From an uncultured bacterium (GTDB taxonomy: Bacteria > Krumholzibacteriota > Krumholzibacteriia > LZORAL124-64-63), in the NCBI GenBank assembly GCA_963727525.1, contig CAVSGO010000007.1, forward strand, positions 1,056,001-1,120,000: a stretch of 64,000 bases of DNA. Direction: 5' to 3'. The notes beneath the pieces were generated by a model, which was given only the letters and a program-made list of their open reading frames with translations, did not search any database and was not told where the DNA came from. Position numbers and translations under genes: made by a program. Each line of letters starts with the position of its first letter. Positions within the stretch are counted from its first letter, which is position 1. Positions 49,559 to 59,060 of this stretch are shown in pieces.

Positions 49559-50473
49559 TCAGGGCAGTGTGATGGTCCCTTTGCCCACCAGCGCGCAGCG
49601 ACCGCCCACCCGGATGTCGGTGGCGTGCCCGCTGCGCACCGTCGCCTCGACGAACAGGCGGCTGGGACGGCCCATCTCGAGACCCTGTTCACTGACGAAG
49701 GAGACCCGGTCGGCCCAGCGGACCAGCCGGTGCTTGACGAGATAGGCCGCGAGCGCGCCGTGAGCGGCCCCGCTGGCCGGGTCTTCGGGAATGCCGTACA
49801 TCGGCGCGAACATACGGCAGTGCACCGACGCGTCGGGATCCACGGTCTCACAGGTGAACACGAAGAGATCGCCGAAGCCGAGGTCGCGCGCGATCTTGTC
49901 GGCCTCCCGCCGGCGCAGCGTGGCCGCGCGTACGGCCGCCAGGCTGCCCACGGGGACGACATGGATCGGCAGACCGGTGGCGATCACCTCGCACGGCAGG
50001 CCCGTGATCGCGATCTCGCTCTCTTCCAGCCCCAGTGCCTGCGCCACCTTGCCGCGGTGGAAGTACTGGCCCAGAAAATTCGGCGCGTCCAGCAGCAGGC
50101 TGTAGATGGCCGCGTCGCCGTGGCCAGCCGTGATGACGGTGGCTCGGCTCGACTCGAGAGCCCAGGTGAACGGCACCGGCTTCTTTCCGGCCGCGCGCCG
50201 GCCCAGGACATCGAGACCGAAGGTGGCGCCGATTGTCGAGTGCCCCGCGAACGGCAGCTCCACCTGGGGAGTGAAGACTCGCAGCACGCCCTCGTGACCT
50301 CCGGCTCGCGGGCGCTCCACCACGAATGCTGTCTCCCCGCACCCCATCTCGCGCGCGAGCTTGAGCATGATGTCCGGTGGCACACTGCCGGCATCGGGGA
50401 ACAGCGTCAGGCGACTGCCCCCGAGGGCCTCGTCGCAGAACACGTCGATCAGCAGGAATTCCAGCTGGAGCAA
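49559..50473 (-). CDS. PhzF/DapF-like isomerase family protein
   Basis: 'IDVF', 'ETAF', 'RVFTPQVELPFAGHSTIG', 'RMFAP..GIPEDPASGAA', 'EQGLEMGRPS', 'VGG'. Start uncertain (TTG 50473 or GTG 50485). Confidence 0.88.
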   Translation of the reverse strand: MLQLEFLLIDVFCDEALGGSRLTLFPDAGSVPPDIMLKLAREMGCGETAFVVERPRAGGHEGVLRVFTPQVELPFAGHSTIGATFGLDVLGRRAAGKKPVPFTWALESSRATVITAGHGDAAIYSLLLDAPNFLGQYFHRGKVAQALGLEESEIAITGLPCEVIATGLPIHVVPVGSLAAVRAATLRRREADKIARDLGFGDLFVFTCETVDPDASVHCRMFAPMYGIPEDPASGAAHGALAAYLVKHRLVRWADRVSFVSEQGLEMGRPSRLFVEATVRSGHATDIRVGGRCALVGKGTITLP

Positions 50474-50588
50474 GGCCGTGGCCACCTCGTGGAAGACGGG
50501 ACATACGCGCGCCACGCGCGCTGCCGAAGCATAGGACAGGGGCGCAACCAAGGCAACCCTGGCGCGCCGGCAGATCGAACTGGGCGTC

Positions 50589-50966
50589 TCAGACCAGGAT
50601 CACGGTGGCCACGGCATGGTCCCGCTCGTGGCTGAGCGTGACCAGGCTGCGATCGGCACCCGCCGCCGCGAACGCCCGGGCCGCCGACCCGTGGAGCGCG
50701 AGGGTCGGCGCCCCATCCGCCGCCCGCACGACCTCGACATCCCGGTAGACCACGCCCCGGCCGTGGGCACCGAGCGCCTTGATGAAGGCCTCCTTCGCCG
50801 CCCACCGCGCCGCCAGGGCCGCCGCGCCCGCCGCGCCGGGCCGAGCCAGCACGGCCTGCTCGCGCGGACGGAAGCAGCGATCGAGGAAGCGCGCACCGTG
50901 GCGGGCGACCAGGTCGCCGATGCGCGCCACCGACACGATGTCGGTGCCCAGACCGCGGATGCTCAA
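50589..50966 (-). CDS. acpS: holo-ACP synthase
   Basis: 'GLGTDIV', 'LAARWAAKEAFIKA', 'GAP', 'VTLSHE'. Confidence 0.9.
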   Translation of the reverse strand: MSIRGLGTDIVSVARIGDLVARHGARFLDRCFRPREQAVLARPGAAGAAALAARWAAKEAFIKALGAHGRGVVYRDVEVVRAADGAPTLALHGSAARAFAAAGADRSLVTLSHERDHAVATVILV

Positions 50967-51652
50967 TACGCCCCCTTCCGCTGGATCACGGCGGGCAACG
51001 TGCGCAGCAGCATGGACAGATCGTAGCCCAGACTGCGACGCCTCACGTACTCCCGATCGAGGGCCATCCACTCGCTGAAGTCGAGATGGCTGCGCCCGGA
51101 CACCTGCCAGAGACAGGTGAGCCCCGGTCGCACGAGCAAGCGCAGCGCGTCCTCCGGCGAGTACTCGGCCACCTCGCTGGGGATCTGCGGACGCGGCCCG
51201 ACCATGGACATCTCGCCGCGCAACACGTTCCAGAGCTGTGGAAACTCATCGAGACTGCTGCGGCGCAGGAAGCGACCGACCCCGGTGATGCGGGGATCGT
51301 CCTTGATCTTGAACGCGGCGCCCGTGGCCTCGTTCAGATGCTGCAGCTCGCGCTTGCGGGCCTCCGCGTCGACACTCATCGAGCGGAACTTGTAGCATCG
51401 GAAGATGCGCCCATGGCGCCCCACACGATCCTGGCAGAAGAAGATGGCTCCCGAACTCTCGAGCAGGATCAGCGCCACGATGAAGGGGAATAGCGGCAAC
51501 ACCAGCAGCAGACCCGCGAGCGCCGCGACCACGTCGATCAGGCGGCGCAGGACCCGGTACCACCACGCATCGGCCCGATCGTATCCCTCGCGGACCGCCG
51601 CGATGGTGGCGTCATATCCGGCCTCGTCGCCGTAGAACCAGCAGTCGCTCAC
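50963..51652 (-). CDS. bacterial sugar transferase (small phosphoglycosyl transferase)
   Basis: 'RRLIDV', 'FCQDRVG', 'YKFRSM', 'DDPRITGVGRFLRRSSLDEFPQLWNVLRGEMSMVGPRP', 'PGLTCLWQVSGR'. Confidence 0.92.
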   Translation of the reverse strand: MSDCWFYGDEAGYDATIAAVREGYDRADAWWYRVLRRLIDVVAALAGLLLVLPLFPFIVALILLESSGAIFFCQDRVGRHGRIFRCYKFRSMSVDAEARKRELQHLNEATGAAFKIKDDPRITGVGRFLRRSSLDEFPQLWNVLRGEMSMVGPRPQIPSEVAEYSPEDALRLLVRPGLTCLWQVSGRSHLDFSEWMALDREYVRRRSLGYDLSMLLRTLPAVIQRKGAY

Positions 51653-53223
51653 GGCGCCATCCCGGTCGGCTGCCGTTGCCAGAGGTCGACCGTGACGCCC
51701 GGACCGGAGTAGACCCGGTCGAGGCGACCACACGCGGCGAGAGCCGACGGGAGATGATCGTGAGGATCGAGGTACCAGGTCTGTGCCCACACGACCCAGG
51801 CGGCGTCGTGCGTCCCGAGTTGCCGCTGCACCAGCGCCTCGGCATCGGCGATGGTCTTCACCGTGGGTTCGCGTCCGCAGCGCAGCACATCGTCGCCCTC
51901 ACGCGCATAGAAGCGCACGGACGCCGTGACGCTCGGTGCGAGGATCGGCAGGTGCCGCGCGTCGTCCGCGGCGATGGCGGCCACGGCACCCCTGATGTCG
52001 GGCTTGGCGAACCGCGGATTGTGGTAGTAACCCACGAGCGACGCCACGAAGAGCAGGCAGAGCGCCACGCTCAGGGCGAGGTTGCCCGGCCGGCGCAGAC
52101 GCGCCGCACCGGCCGCGGTCACCAGCAGGATCCACGGGAAGGCCGGCGCCACGTAACGCACGTTGAACGGCTTGATGTTGCGGACGGCCAGCAGCGTGAC
52201 CGCGAGCACCGGGATGCCGATCCACAGCAGCAGGGCCCAGCGCTTGCGCTGCAGGCGGAAGAGCCCCAGCGTGAACGCCGCGCCCGCCACGAGCGCGGCC
52301 GGCGCGACGATCGGCGCGTACTGTCTCAGGACCGCGAGCCGATCCGGAGCATGCAGTTCCGCCAGCGACGGCCCCAGGCTGAACCCGAAAAAGAGCGAGA
52401 ACATCGCGAAGGGCAGAGCCCAGGGCGTGAACGTGGTGGCGCCGCGTAACGCCTCCCCCATCTCCGCGCCCGGAAGCACGCGATCGACCTCCCAGATGCC
52501 CGCGGCCCGCAGCAACCATGGCAGCGTCAGCACCACGCCGCCTCCGAGGGCGACGATCCACACGCCCCAGGCCCGAGCACTGCGCAGCGGCGTCGTCAAT
52601 AGCAGCGTCACCCCGTACGCGACGAGCAGGAAGAGAAACGCCAGATTGCTCGCCAGACCGCCCGCCACCAGGACCGCCATCGCGACGGCACGGCCCCAGT
52701 TCGGCTCGCCTTCGCGCAACCGCACGAACATGAGTCCGCTCGCCACGACGAAGAGCATGAGACAGGCATAGCCCCGTGCCTCCTGGCTATACCAGAGGTG
52801 GAACGGGCTGAGCGCCAGCAACAGGGCCGCCAGCCTGCCGACATTGCGGCCGAAGAGCCGGCCACTGATCAGGCCGAAGAGGGGCACGGTGAGCGCGCCG
52901 GCGATCACCGAGGGCAGACGCAACGCTCCTGCCGTGGGCGCGACGCGCACGGCGAGCCAGGCCAGGGCATGGTAGAGAGGGCTCTGGTACGCCTGGAAAA
53001 TCTGATGCCAGAAGTGGAAGCCCCGGTCGGGCGCCACCTCCAGCCACGTCTGCGCCTCGTCCACCCATACCGACTGGTCGCCCAGCCGGTAAAGACGCAG
53101 GATCACCGCCAGGATCGTGACCACCGTGAGATAGCGCGACCCCACGCGACGTATCGCATCGGGCGGCGGTCCGAGCCAGCCCGCCGGAGGCACGAGCGTG
53201 CCGCGGTCGGTCGCATCAATCAT
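51649..53223 (-). CDS. GT-C fold glycosyltransferase (GT39/ArnT-like)
   Basis: 'LRLYRLGDQSVWVDE', 'SPLYH', 'LRLPSV', 'SPFHLWYSQEARGY', many TM segments. Confidence 0.85.
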   Translation of the reverse strand: MIDATDRGTLVPPAGWLGPPPDAIRRVGSRYLTVVTILAVILRLYRLGDQSVWVDEAQTWLEVAPDRGFHFWHQIFQAYQSPLYHALAWLAVRVAPTAGALRLPSVIAGALTVPLFGLISGRLFGRNVGRLAALLLALSPFHLWYSQEARGYACLMLFVVASGLMFVRLREGEPNWGRAVAMAVLVAGGLASNLAFLFLLVAYGVTLLLTTPLRSARAWGVWIVALGGGVVLTLPWLLRAAGIWEVDRVLPGAEMGEALRGATTFTPWALPFAMFSLFFGFSLGPSLAELHAPDRLAVLRQYAPIVAPAALVAGAAFTLGLFRLQRKRWALLLWIGIPVLAVTLLAVRNIKPFNVRYVAPAFPWILLVTAAGAARLRRPGNLALSVALCLLFVASLVGYYHNPRFAKPDIRGAVAAIAADDARHLPILAPSVTASVRFYAREGDDVLRCGREPTVKTIADAEALVQRQLGTHDAAWVVWAQTWYLDPHDHLPSALAACGRLDRVYSGPGVTVDLWQRQPTGMAP

Positions 53224-54046
53224 GGGTACCCCCGGCCGGCGGGGCCAGCGTGTATTCCTTGAGGTTTGCGGCGATCGATCCCACCGGCAGCTTCGTCTTC
53301 ATCAGCACCGGCATGCGCCGGTCGTCGGCTGTGAGGTAGATGACCAGATCGCCCTCCTGCTTGAAGAGCCCCTCGCCAATCATGATCGGCTGCACGACGA
53401 AGCAGTCGAACGTCCCGAGGTCGGTCTTCACTTCTTCACGCCCCAGCACGATCACGCGCATGTCGTAGGTCTTCTTCGAACTGTGCGCCGAAAAGAATAC
53501 GTCGTGACCGACGGCCAAGTCCAGCGTCCGGACGTAGTAAAAGGCCGAAAGCACGTCCTGCACGCCACGGACGATGTCGAAGCTGCGGCCCCCGTCGTAC
53601 ACCGCCTTGCCGGCGTCCTGGTCGAAACGCACCTCCACCGTCTTCTTGTAGTCGCCCTCGCGCAATCGTTTCTGGAAGTAACGGCTGAACAGACCCTCGG
53701 CGTCCATGTGGCTGATGACGCGGTCGCGCACCTTGTAGAAGCTCGAGAAAAATCCATTGCTGCGCGCCGTGCTCTCGATCTCGTAGCAGCGATGGCCGTC
53801 GTCGTCCACCATGCCGAGTACCGAGAGCACTCCCTCGCCGGCGTTGATGAAGCCGTAATCGATCGAGAAGACGAAGCGTTCGCCCGGACCGAAGGGGACA
53901 CGCACCGTCTGCGCGGTGGTCGTGTCGGGAGCCGCCGTCGTGTCGGCGTCGGTCTGGGCCGACGCGATCGGGACAGCCGAGCCGACGGCCAAGAGCGCCA
54001 CGAGGCTCAGCGGGGACAGGTTGGAGCGCAACGTCGTGGTGCGCAT
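53216..54046 (-). CDS. DUF3108 domain exported protein
   Basis: Signal peptide, 'PFGPGE', 'YGFINAG', 'FYKVRD', 'D.LSAFYY.R', 'G.FDC', 'T.DDRRMPV'. Confidence 0.8.
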   Translation of the reverse strand: MRTTTLRSNLSPLSLVALLAVGSAVPIASAQTDADTTAAPDTTTAQTVRVPFGPGERFVFSIDYGFINAGEGVLSVLGMVDDDGHRCYEIESTARSNGFFSSFYKVRDRVISHMDAEGLFSRYFQKRLREGDYKKTVEVRFDQDAGKAVYDGGRSFDIVRGVQDVLSAFYYVRTLDLAVGHDVFFSAHSSKKTYDMRVIVLGREEVKTDLGTFDCFVVQPIMIGEGLFKQEGDLVIYLTADDRRMPVLMKTKLPVGSIAANLKEYTLAPPAGGTHD

Positions 54047-54062
54047 GGCATCGTCCTTTTCT

Positions 54063-55130
54063 TCAGACCGGGGCGGTAGCCGACAGGCGCCCCAGCAGCG
54101 CGAGCACGGCTGCCGTCACGGTCGCGGGCGCCAGCGCATCCAGGCAGGGATGACCCGGCACGGGACACGCCGTCAGGTTGCAAGGGGCACAGGGCACCGG
54201 ATGCCGCAGGGCAACGTGTCGCGGATCGGCCGGGTTCCACCCGCGCGTGTCCGTCGGACCGAAGAGCGTCACCGTCGGGACGCCCAGGCAGGTGGCCAGG
54301 TGCCGGGAACCGTTGTCCGTGCCGACGCAAACGTCGCAGCGCGCCAGCAGATCCGCCAGTTCGAGAAGCGTGGTCGGCGGCGCCACCTCGGCCGCCGGGA
54401 GCACCTCGCGCATGGCCGCCACGTACGGCTCGTCGCCGGGCCCGGGGACCAGGAGCGCCATCACGCCGGCATGGGTGAGCTGGTCGGCGAGGCGCGCGGC
54501 CGCGGCCGCCGGCCAGGCTTTGGCCGACCAGCTCGCGCTGAAGATCATGGCGGCGCGGGGTCGCGGCGTGGCTTCCCAGGTCGCGATCCAGTCGCGGTAG
54601 CGTGGCGAGAGCGCCGCCGCCGACACGGTGAGCGCCCCCTCGCCCGCCGCCCGCCACGGCGAGGGATCCAGACCGAGAGCGCGCAACGGATCGAGGAAGG
54701 CCTCGCCCGCGAAGGCCGCCACCTCCGCGCCGGCCACCCGATTGCGCGGCACGCGTACGTTGTAGGCCCAGCGCCGGCGCGGCAGATCGTATCCCACGCG
54801 CAGCGGCGCCGCCGTGAGCGCGGTCCACAGCGCGGTGCGCGGGCTGCCGAGGTAGTCCACGACCAGGTCGTACCGCGCGGTTCGCAGCTGGCGCAGCCAG
54901 CCACCCTCGCGCGGCGGCCAGGCTACCACATGCAGATCGCTCGCGAGCGCCGCGAGCAGGGGCGCGAAGGGACGATCGACCACGAGGTCGATCGTGGCTC
55001 CCGGCAACGCCGCCGCCAGTTCCAGCACGGCCGGCAGCGTCACGAGCGCGTCGCCCAGCGCCTTGCGCCGCAGTACGAGCACCCGCCGAACAGTGCGCAG
55101 ACACACCGCCAGTGACATCGCGCGCGTCAT
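54063..55130 (-). CDS. glycosyltransferase family 9 (LPS heptosyltransferase-like)
   Basis: 'ALGDALVTLP', 'AKAWP', 'VGTDNGSRHLA', 'LFGPTD', 'CAPC...C'. Confidence 0.88.
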   Translation of the reverse strand: MTRAMSLAVCLRTVRRVLVLRRKALGDALVTLPAVLELAAALPGATIDLVVDRPFAPLLAALASDLHVVAWPPREGGWLRQLRTARYDLVVDYLGSPRTALWTALTAAPLRVGYDLPRRRWAYNVRVPRNRVAGAEVAAFAGEAFLDPLRALGLDPSPWRAAGEGALTVSAAALSPRYRDWIATWEATPRPRAAMIFSASWSAKAWPAAAAARLADQLTHAGVMALLVPGPGDEPYVAAMREVLPAAEVAPPTTLLELADLLARCDVCVGTDNGSRHLATCLGVPTVTLFGPTDTRGWNPADPRHVALRHPVPCAPCNLTACPVPGHPCLDALAPATVTAAVLALLGRLSATAPV

Positions 55131-56251
55131 GGCGCCCCACCCCGCGCCGGCAGGGCCGCCAGAGCGTCGGCGACACGATCCGGTGCGAGATCCGGCAGAC
55201 AGATGAATGCGTCGCAGGTATGCCGGTCGCAGGGGAAGCAGGCCGGGCGAGTGGCAAGCACGCGGTATGGCCCGATATCCTCGTAGGGGAACCAGATGCG
55301 CGGATCGGTGGGACCGAAGAGCGCCAGCGTCGGCACGCCCATCGCCACGGCCGCGTGCATGATGCCACCGTCCACGCTCACCAGGCGAGCCGCGGCACCG
55401 ACCACCTCGAGCGCCTCCGCCAGCGGCAACGGGGGAAGCAGTCCCGGAAGACCGGCGTACGTGTCCGCATCACCGGGCGGCGCCAGCACGACGAGGGGAC
55501 CGGCGCCCGTCGCCTGCAGACGCCGCGCCAGTGCGTGCCAGTGCGCGGCGGGCCAGGCCTTGGTGGGCCACGTGGCCGCGGGCGCGAGGAGCGTGAAGGC
55601 CCCGGGCGCCGCGCCCAGGCGCGCGAGGGCTCCGATCACCGCGGGCGTGGGCGGCGGGATCGCGACGCGGGGATGCAATGTGCGCGGCGCGACGTGCGCG
55701 CGTATCCAGGCGAGGGCGTCCAGGCCCGACTCGCGCTGCTGCAGAGGTGCCAGGCGCGCGAGGTGGTCGCCGAGCCCGCCCGCGACGACGCCGGCAAGCG
55801 CCGACGCCGGTGCCGGTGCCGCATGAGTGTAGAGTCGCCGCCGACTGCCGGTCGCCCCACCGACGCGCGCCGGTACGCCAGCCAGCGCGAGGAGCCAGGC
55901 GCTGCGCGGATTGAAGAAGAGATCGATGGCCGCGTCGTAATGCCCCCGGCGCAACGCCGCGATCGTGGCGAGCGTGCCGCCTCCCATCGTCGCCGACCGC
56001 CCCGGCATGGCATGCCGGGCCCGCGCATCACCCCCACGCCGGCGCGTCCGCAACGGGTGCACCCGCGTCAGGAGCGGATGGGCAGAGAGGACGGGCGCGT
56101 ACGTGTCCTCGCAGAGGAACGCGAGCGTGAGGTCGGGGTCGCCACGGCGCAACACGTCGAGCACGACGGTGGCCATCGCGATGTCCCCGAGATAGCGCAG
56201 GCGCGTGACGAGGATCCGCCGCAGCGGGCGACCGTCGAGCTCCCAGGTCAT
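55127..56251 (-). CDS. glycosyltransferase family 9 (LPS heptosyltransferase-like)
   Basis: 'RLRYLGDI', 'TKAWP', 'SVDGGIMHAA', 'LFGPTDP', 'CFPC'. Confidence 0.88.
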   Translation of the reverse strand: MTWELDGRPLRRILVTRLRYLGDIAMATVVLDVLRRGDPDLTLAFLCEDTYAPVLSAHPLLTRVHPLRTRRRGGDARARHAMPGRSATMGGGTLATIAALRRGHYDAAIDLFFNPRSAWLLALAGVPARVGGATGSRRRLYTHAAPAPASALAGVVAGGLGDHLARLAPLQQRESGLDALAWIRAHVAPRTLHPRVAIPPPTPAVIGALARLGAAPGAFTLLAPAATWPTKAWPAAHWHALARRLQATGAGPLVVLAPPGDADTYAGLPGLLPPLPLAEALEVVGAAARLVSVDGGIMHAAVAMGVPTLALFGPTDPRIWFPYEDIGPYRVLATRPACFPCDRHTCDAFICLPDLAPDRVADALAALPARGGAP

Positions 56252-56832
56252 GCCCCTCCCACGATCGCCGCCACGGCCGCGAGCACGTCGTCGGCCACGA
56301 GCACGCCGCGGCGATCACCGAGCCGATGTTCCTGCTGAGCGCCATAGCCGGTGCGCACGAGGCAGGGGCGCAGACCGTTCTCGAGCGCCAGATCGACATC
56401 GGAGAGCTTGTCGCCGATCACCCAGGACCGCGCGGGTTCCCAGGCCAGTGCCGCCGCGGTCTCCTCCAGCAGACCCGGCGCCGGCTTGCGGCAATGGCAA
56501 CCGGCCTCGGGCGCGTGCGGACAGTAGAAGAAGGCGTCCAGCGGCGTACCCGCCGCGGCGAGCAAGGCGTCGAACTGCCGCATCACCGAGGCGAAATCAT
56601 CGTGAGTGAACTTGCCACGCCCCAGGCCCGACTGATTCGACACGCCCACCAGCCGGTACCCCGCGGCGCGCGCCCGGCGTAGCGCCTCGGGCACGCCCGG
56701 GAAGAACTCCACATGCTCGGCGTCGCGCAGGTAGTCTTTCTCCAGGACCAGGACACCGTCGCGGTCGAGGAAGAGCGTCGGCGCCGCCGTGACCACGGGC
56801 GCACGCGCAACTTCGGCAGGCCAGCGGCTCAC
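56248..56832 (-). CDS. gmhB: D-glycero-D-manno-heptose 1,7-bisphosphate phosphatase
   Basis: 'FLDRDGVL', 'SNQSGLGRG', 'CPH....CHCRKPAPGL', 'IGDKLSD'. Confidence 0.92.
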   Translation of the reverse strand: MSRWPAEVARAPVVTAAPTLFLDRDGVLVLEKDYLRDAEHVEFFPGVPEALRRARAAGYRLVGVSNQSGLGRGKFTHDDFASVMRQFDALLAAAGTPLDAFFYCPHAPEAGCHCRKPAPGLLEETAAALAWEPARSWVIGDKLSDVDLALENGLRPCLVRTGYGAQQEHRLGDRRGVLVADDVLAAVAAIVGGA

Positions 56833-57920
56833 GGGGCATCCTTTCGCTCGGTGTCCACGGCGTCGTTCACAGCGGCCAGCACGGTCCCGGCCGTCACCGT
56901 ATCAAGGCAGAAGCGCGGCTGGTTGCAGGTCTTGCGAAAGCAAGGCTGGCACGGAAAGCCGACAGCCGTCAACGCCCGCGCGTTCGCGCCGCGGGGAGCG
57001 GTCCAGGCGGGACTCGACGAGCCGAAGATTCCCACCGTGGGCACCCCGAGCGCCGCGGCAACGTGCATGAGTCCGCTGTCGTTGCCCACGAAGACCTCCG
57101 CCGACCGCAGGATGTCGACCACGGCGAGCAGGTCCGTGCGGCCCACGCGATCGATCGCCGCGGCCGGTCCAGCGGTCTCGTCGCGCCAGGACACGGAAGC
57201 CGCGTCGCGGATCGCGCAGGCCAGACTGCGCGTGCTCGCATCTCCCAGCAGCAGCACGCGCACGCCCCGCGCACGCACGGCCTCGGTGACGAATGCCGCC
57301 ATGTGCAGCACCGGCCACGTCTTGGCCGGCCCGTAGGTGGTGCCCGGGGCCAGCACCCACACGGGTGGACCCGCGCCGAGATCGGCGGCCGGACGTGCGG
57401 CAAGCCCCGGCAAGCTCGGCACGGCCGCGGTATCCGGCTCCTGATCCCGCAGATCGCACGCCGCGAGGGCGGCACGCGCCAGGTCGCTCATCTCGTCGCC
57501 GTAATGCCGACGACCGCGCGGTCGGCCCGGCGCCACCGCGTGCGTCAGCAGGAATCGGCGCCCGTCGGTCGACTGGCCCACGCGAATGGGAATCCGCGCC
57601 AGCGCCGCGGCCGCCGCCATGCGCAGCGACGGGGGCGTGATCACGGCAGCGGCGGCCGGTGCAGCGCGCCAGCAGCTTGCGAGGCGTCCGACACCGAGCC
57701 AGCCCGCGTGCCGACCGGTGCGCTCGTAGAGGATACAACCGTCGATGCGCGGATCAGCCTGCAACAGCGGCGCCCAGCGCCGCCGCACCGACACGTCCAC
57801 GCCCATGCCCGCGGCGTGGGCAGCCGCCGCGAGGCGATCGAGCGCGGGCAAGGTCATCACGAGGTCGCCGAGCCAGTTGGGCAGGACCAGCAACAGCCGC
57901 CGAGCGCGGGTGTCGGGCAT
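56829..57920 (-). CDS. waaF: lipopolysaccharide heptosyltransferase II-like (GT9)
   Basis: 'LPNWLGDLVM', 'APGTTYGPAKTWP', 'GNDSGLMHVAAA', 'CQPCF'. Confidence 0.82.
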   Translation of the reverse strand: MPDTRARRLLLVLPNWLGDLVMTLPALDRLAAAAHAAGMGVDVSVRRRWAPLLQADPRIDGCILYERTGRHAGWLGVGRLASCWRAAPAAAAVITPPSLRMAAAAALARIPIRVGQSTDGRRFLLTHAVAPGRPRGRRHYGDEMSDLARAALAACDLRDQEPDTAAVPSLPGLAARPAADLGAGPPVWVLAPGTTYGPAKTWPVLHMAAFVTEAVRARGVRVLLLGDASTRSLACAIRDAASVSWRDETAGPAAAIDRVGRTDLLAVVDILRSAEVFVGNDSGLMHVAAALGVPTVGIFGSSSPAWTAPRGANARALTAVGFPCQPCFRKTCNQPRFCLDTVTAGTVLAAVNDAVDTERKDAP

Positions 57921-57925
57921 GATGC

Positions 57926-59050
57926 TCAGGCCCCGGCAGGCGGCGGCGTCGCGGGCGCGGCCGACGCCGGCACGAGCGTCACGTTGCGCGCCCGGGCGCC
58001 GCGACCTTCCGTGACGGTTTCGATGGCCGCCAGCAGCGTGGCAACGTCCACCTTCTCGCCCTTGGCCACCTGTAACACCTGCACGTGCCCGGGCGATTGG
58101 GGCAGCCAGCGTTCGCCGTCGCTACTGGTGAAGAGCCCCACCGTGGGCACCCCCTGCGCCACCGCCACGTGGAAGAGACTCGTGTTGCCGGCCAGGAAGA
58201 GATCACATTGGCAGAGCAACAGGACGGTCTCCAGCATCGTGTCGCGTTTCAACCCGATGGGCACGTTGGCGAGCTGCGCCTCGAACTTCTGGAGGCGTTC
58301 CTGATTTGCGGCGTCCGTCAGCGGCAGCACGCGGCACGAGACGTGGCCCGTGACCTGGCGCGCGAGATAGAGAAGATTGTCGATGGCGAGACCGTGCCCC
58401 GTCATGCCGAGGCCCGGATCCATGCCCACGAGGAGCTGTTCCTTGTTCGGCTTGTGGAAATGCACGAGTTGAGCCATCTGCCGCAGCTTGTCGGCCGGCA
58501 GCGGCCAGCCCCGCGGCACATCGTCCGGCGCCAGACCCAGGTAGGGAGCGAGCTGCTGCGGCAGATCGCCGGCGTACCCCGACGCGGGCTCGGTGCGGCG
58601 CAGCTCCATGTTGATCGCCGGGTAGTTGTCCTTGTGGCTGGGGCCGATGCGCAGCGGTGCGCCGCTCGCGAGGGCCAGCCCTTCCAGCGGCGGTTGCGGC
58701 GCCACGGACATGACGAGGGCCACGTCGTAACCGGTCTTGCCCAGGGAGCGCAGAAGCGCGGCATAGGCCGGACGCCAGGGATTGAGCTGCTTCTCGGTGT
58801 AGATGAGCACCTGGCGCGCGACGCCGCTGGGCACCACGAGGGGAGCAAAGGGTTCGGGCAAGAGCACGTCGATACTCGCCCCCGGCCAGCGTTTGCGGAT
58901 CCCGGCCAGCAGTGGCACGTGGAAGAGGAAGTCGACGAGATCGGCGGTGGCGACGGCCAGGATGCGGGCGCCATCGTTGATGGCGCCGGGCAGGCAGAAG
59001 GGCCCGCTTTCCTTGCGGCCGAAGAGATTCTTGAGCACCTGGTCGAGCAT
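57926..59050 (-). CDS. divergent GT9-like protein
   Basis: GT9 scaffold ('ILAV...LVDFLFHVPLL', 'CDLFLAGNTSLFHVAVAQGVPTVGLF') with degenerate signature motifs. Confidence 0.75.
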   Translation of the reverse strand: MLDQVLKNLFGRKESGPFCLPGAINDGARILAVATADLVDFLFHVPLLAGIRKRWPGASIDVLLPEPFAPLVVPSGVARQVLIYTEKQLNPWRPAYAALLRSLGKTGYDVALVMSVAPQPPLEGLALASGAPLRIGPSHKDNYPAINMELRRTEPASGYAGDLPQQLAPYLGLAPDDVPRGWPLPADKLRQMAQLVHFHKPNKEQLLVGMDPGLGMTGHGLAIDNLLYLARQVTGHVSCRVLPLTDAANQERLQKFEAQLANVPIGLKRDTMLETVLLLCQCDLFLAGNTSLFHVAVAQGVPTVGLFTSSDGERWLPQSPGHVQVLQVAKGEKVDVATLLAAIETVTEGRGARARNVTLVPASAAPATPPPAGA

Positions 59051-59060
59051 CCGTCGCCTT

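Noticed and set aside
49559-50473. Phenazine biosynthesis cluster
   Set aside because: Only a lone PhzF-family gene; no phzA/B/D/E/G.
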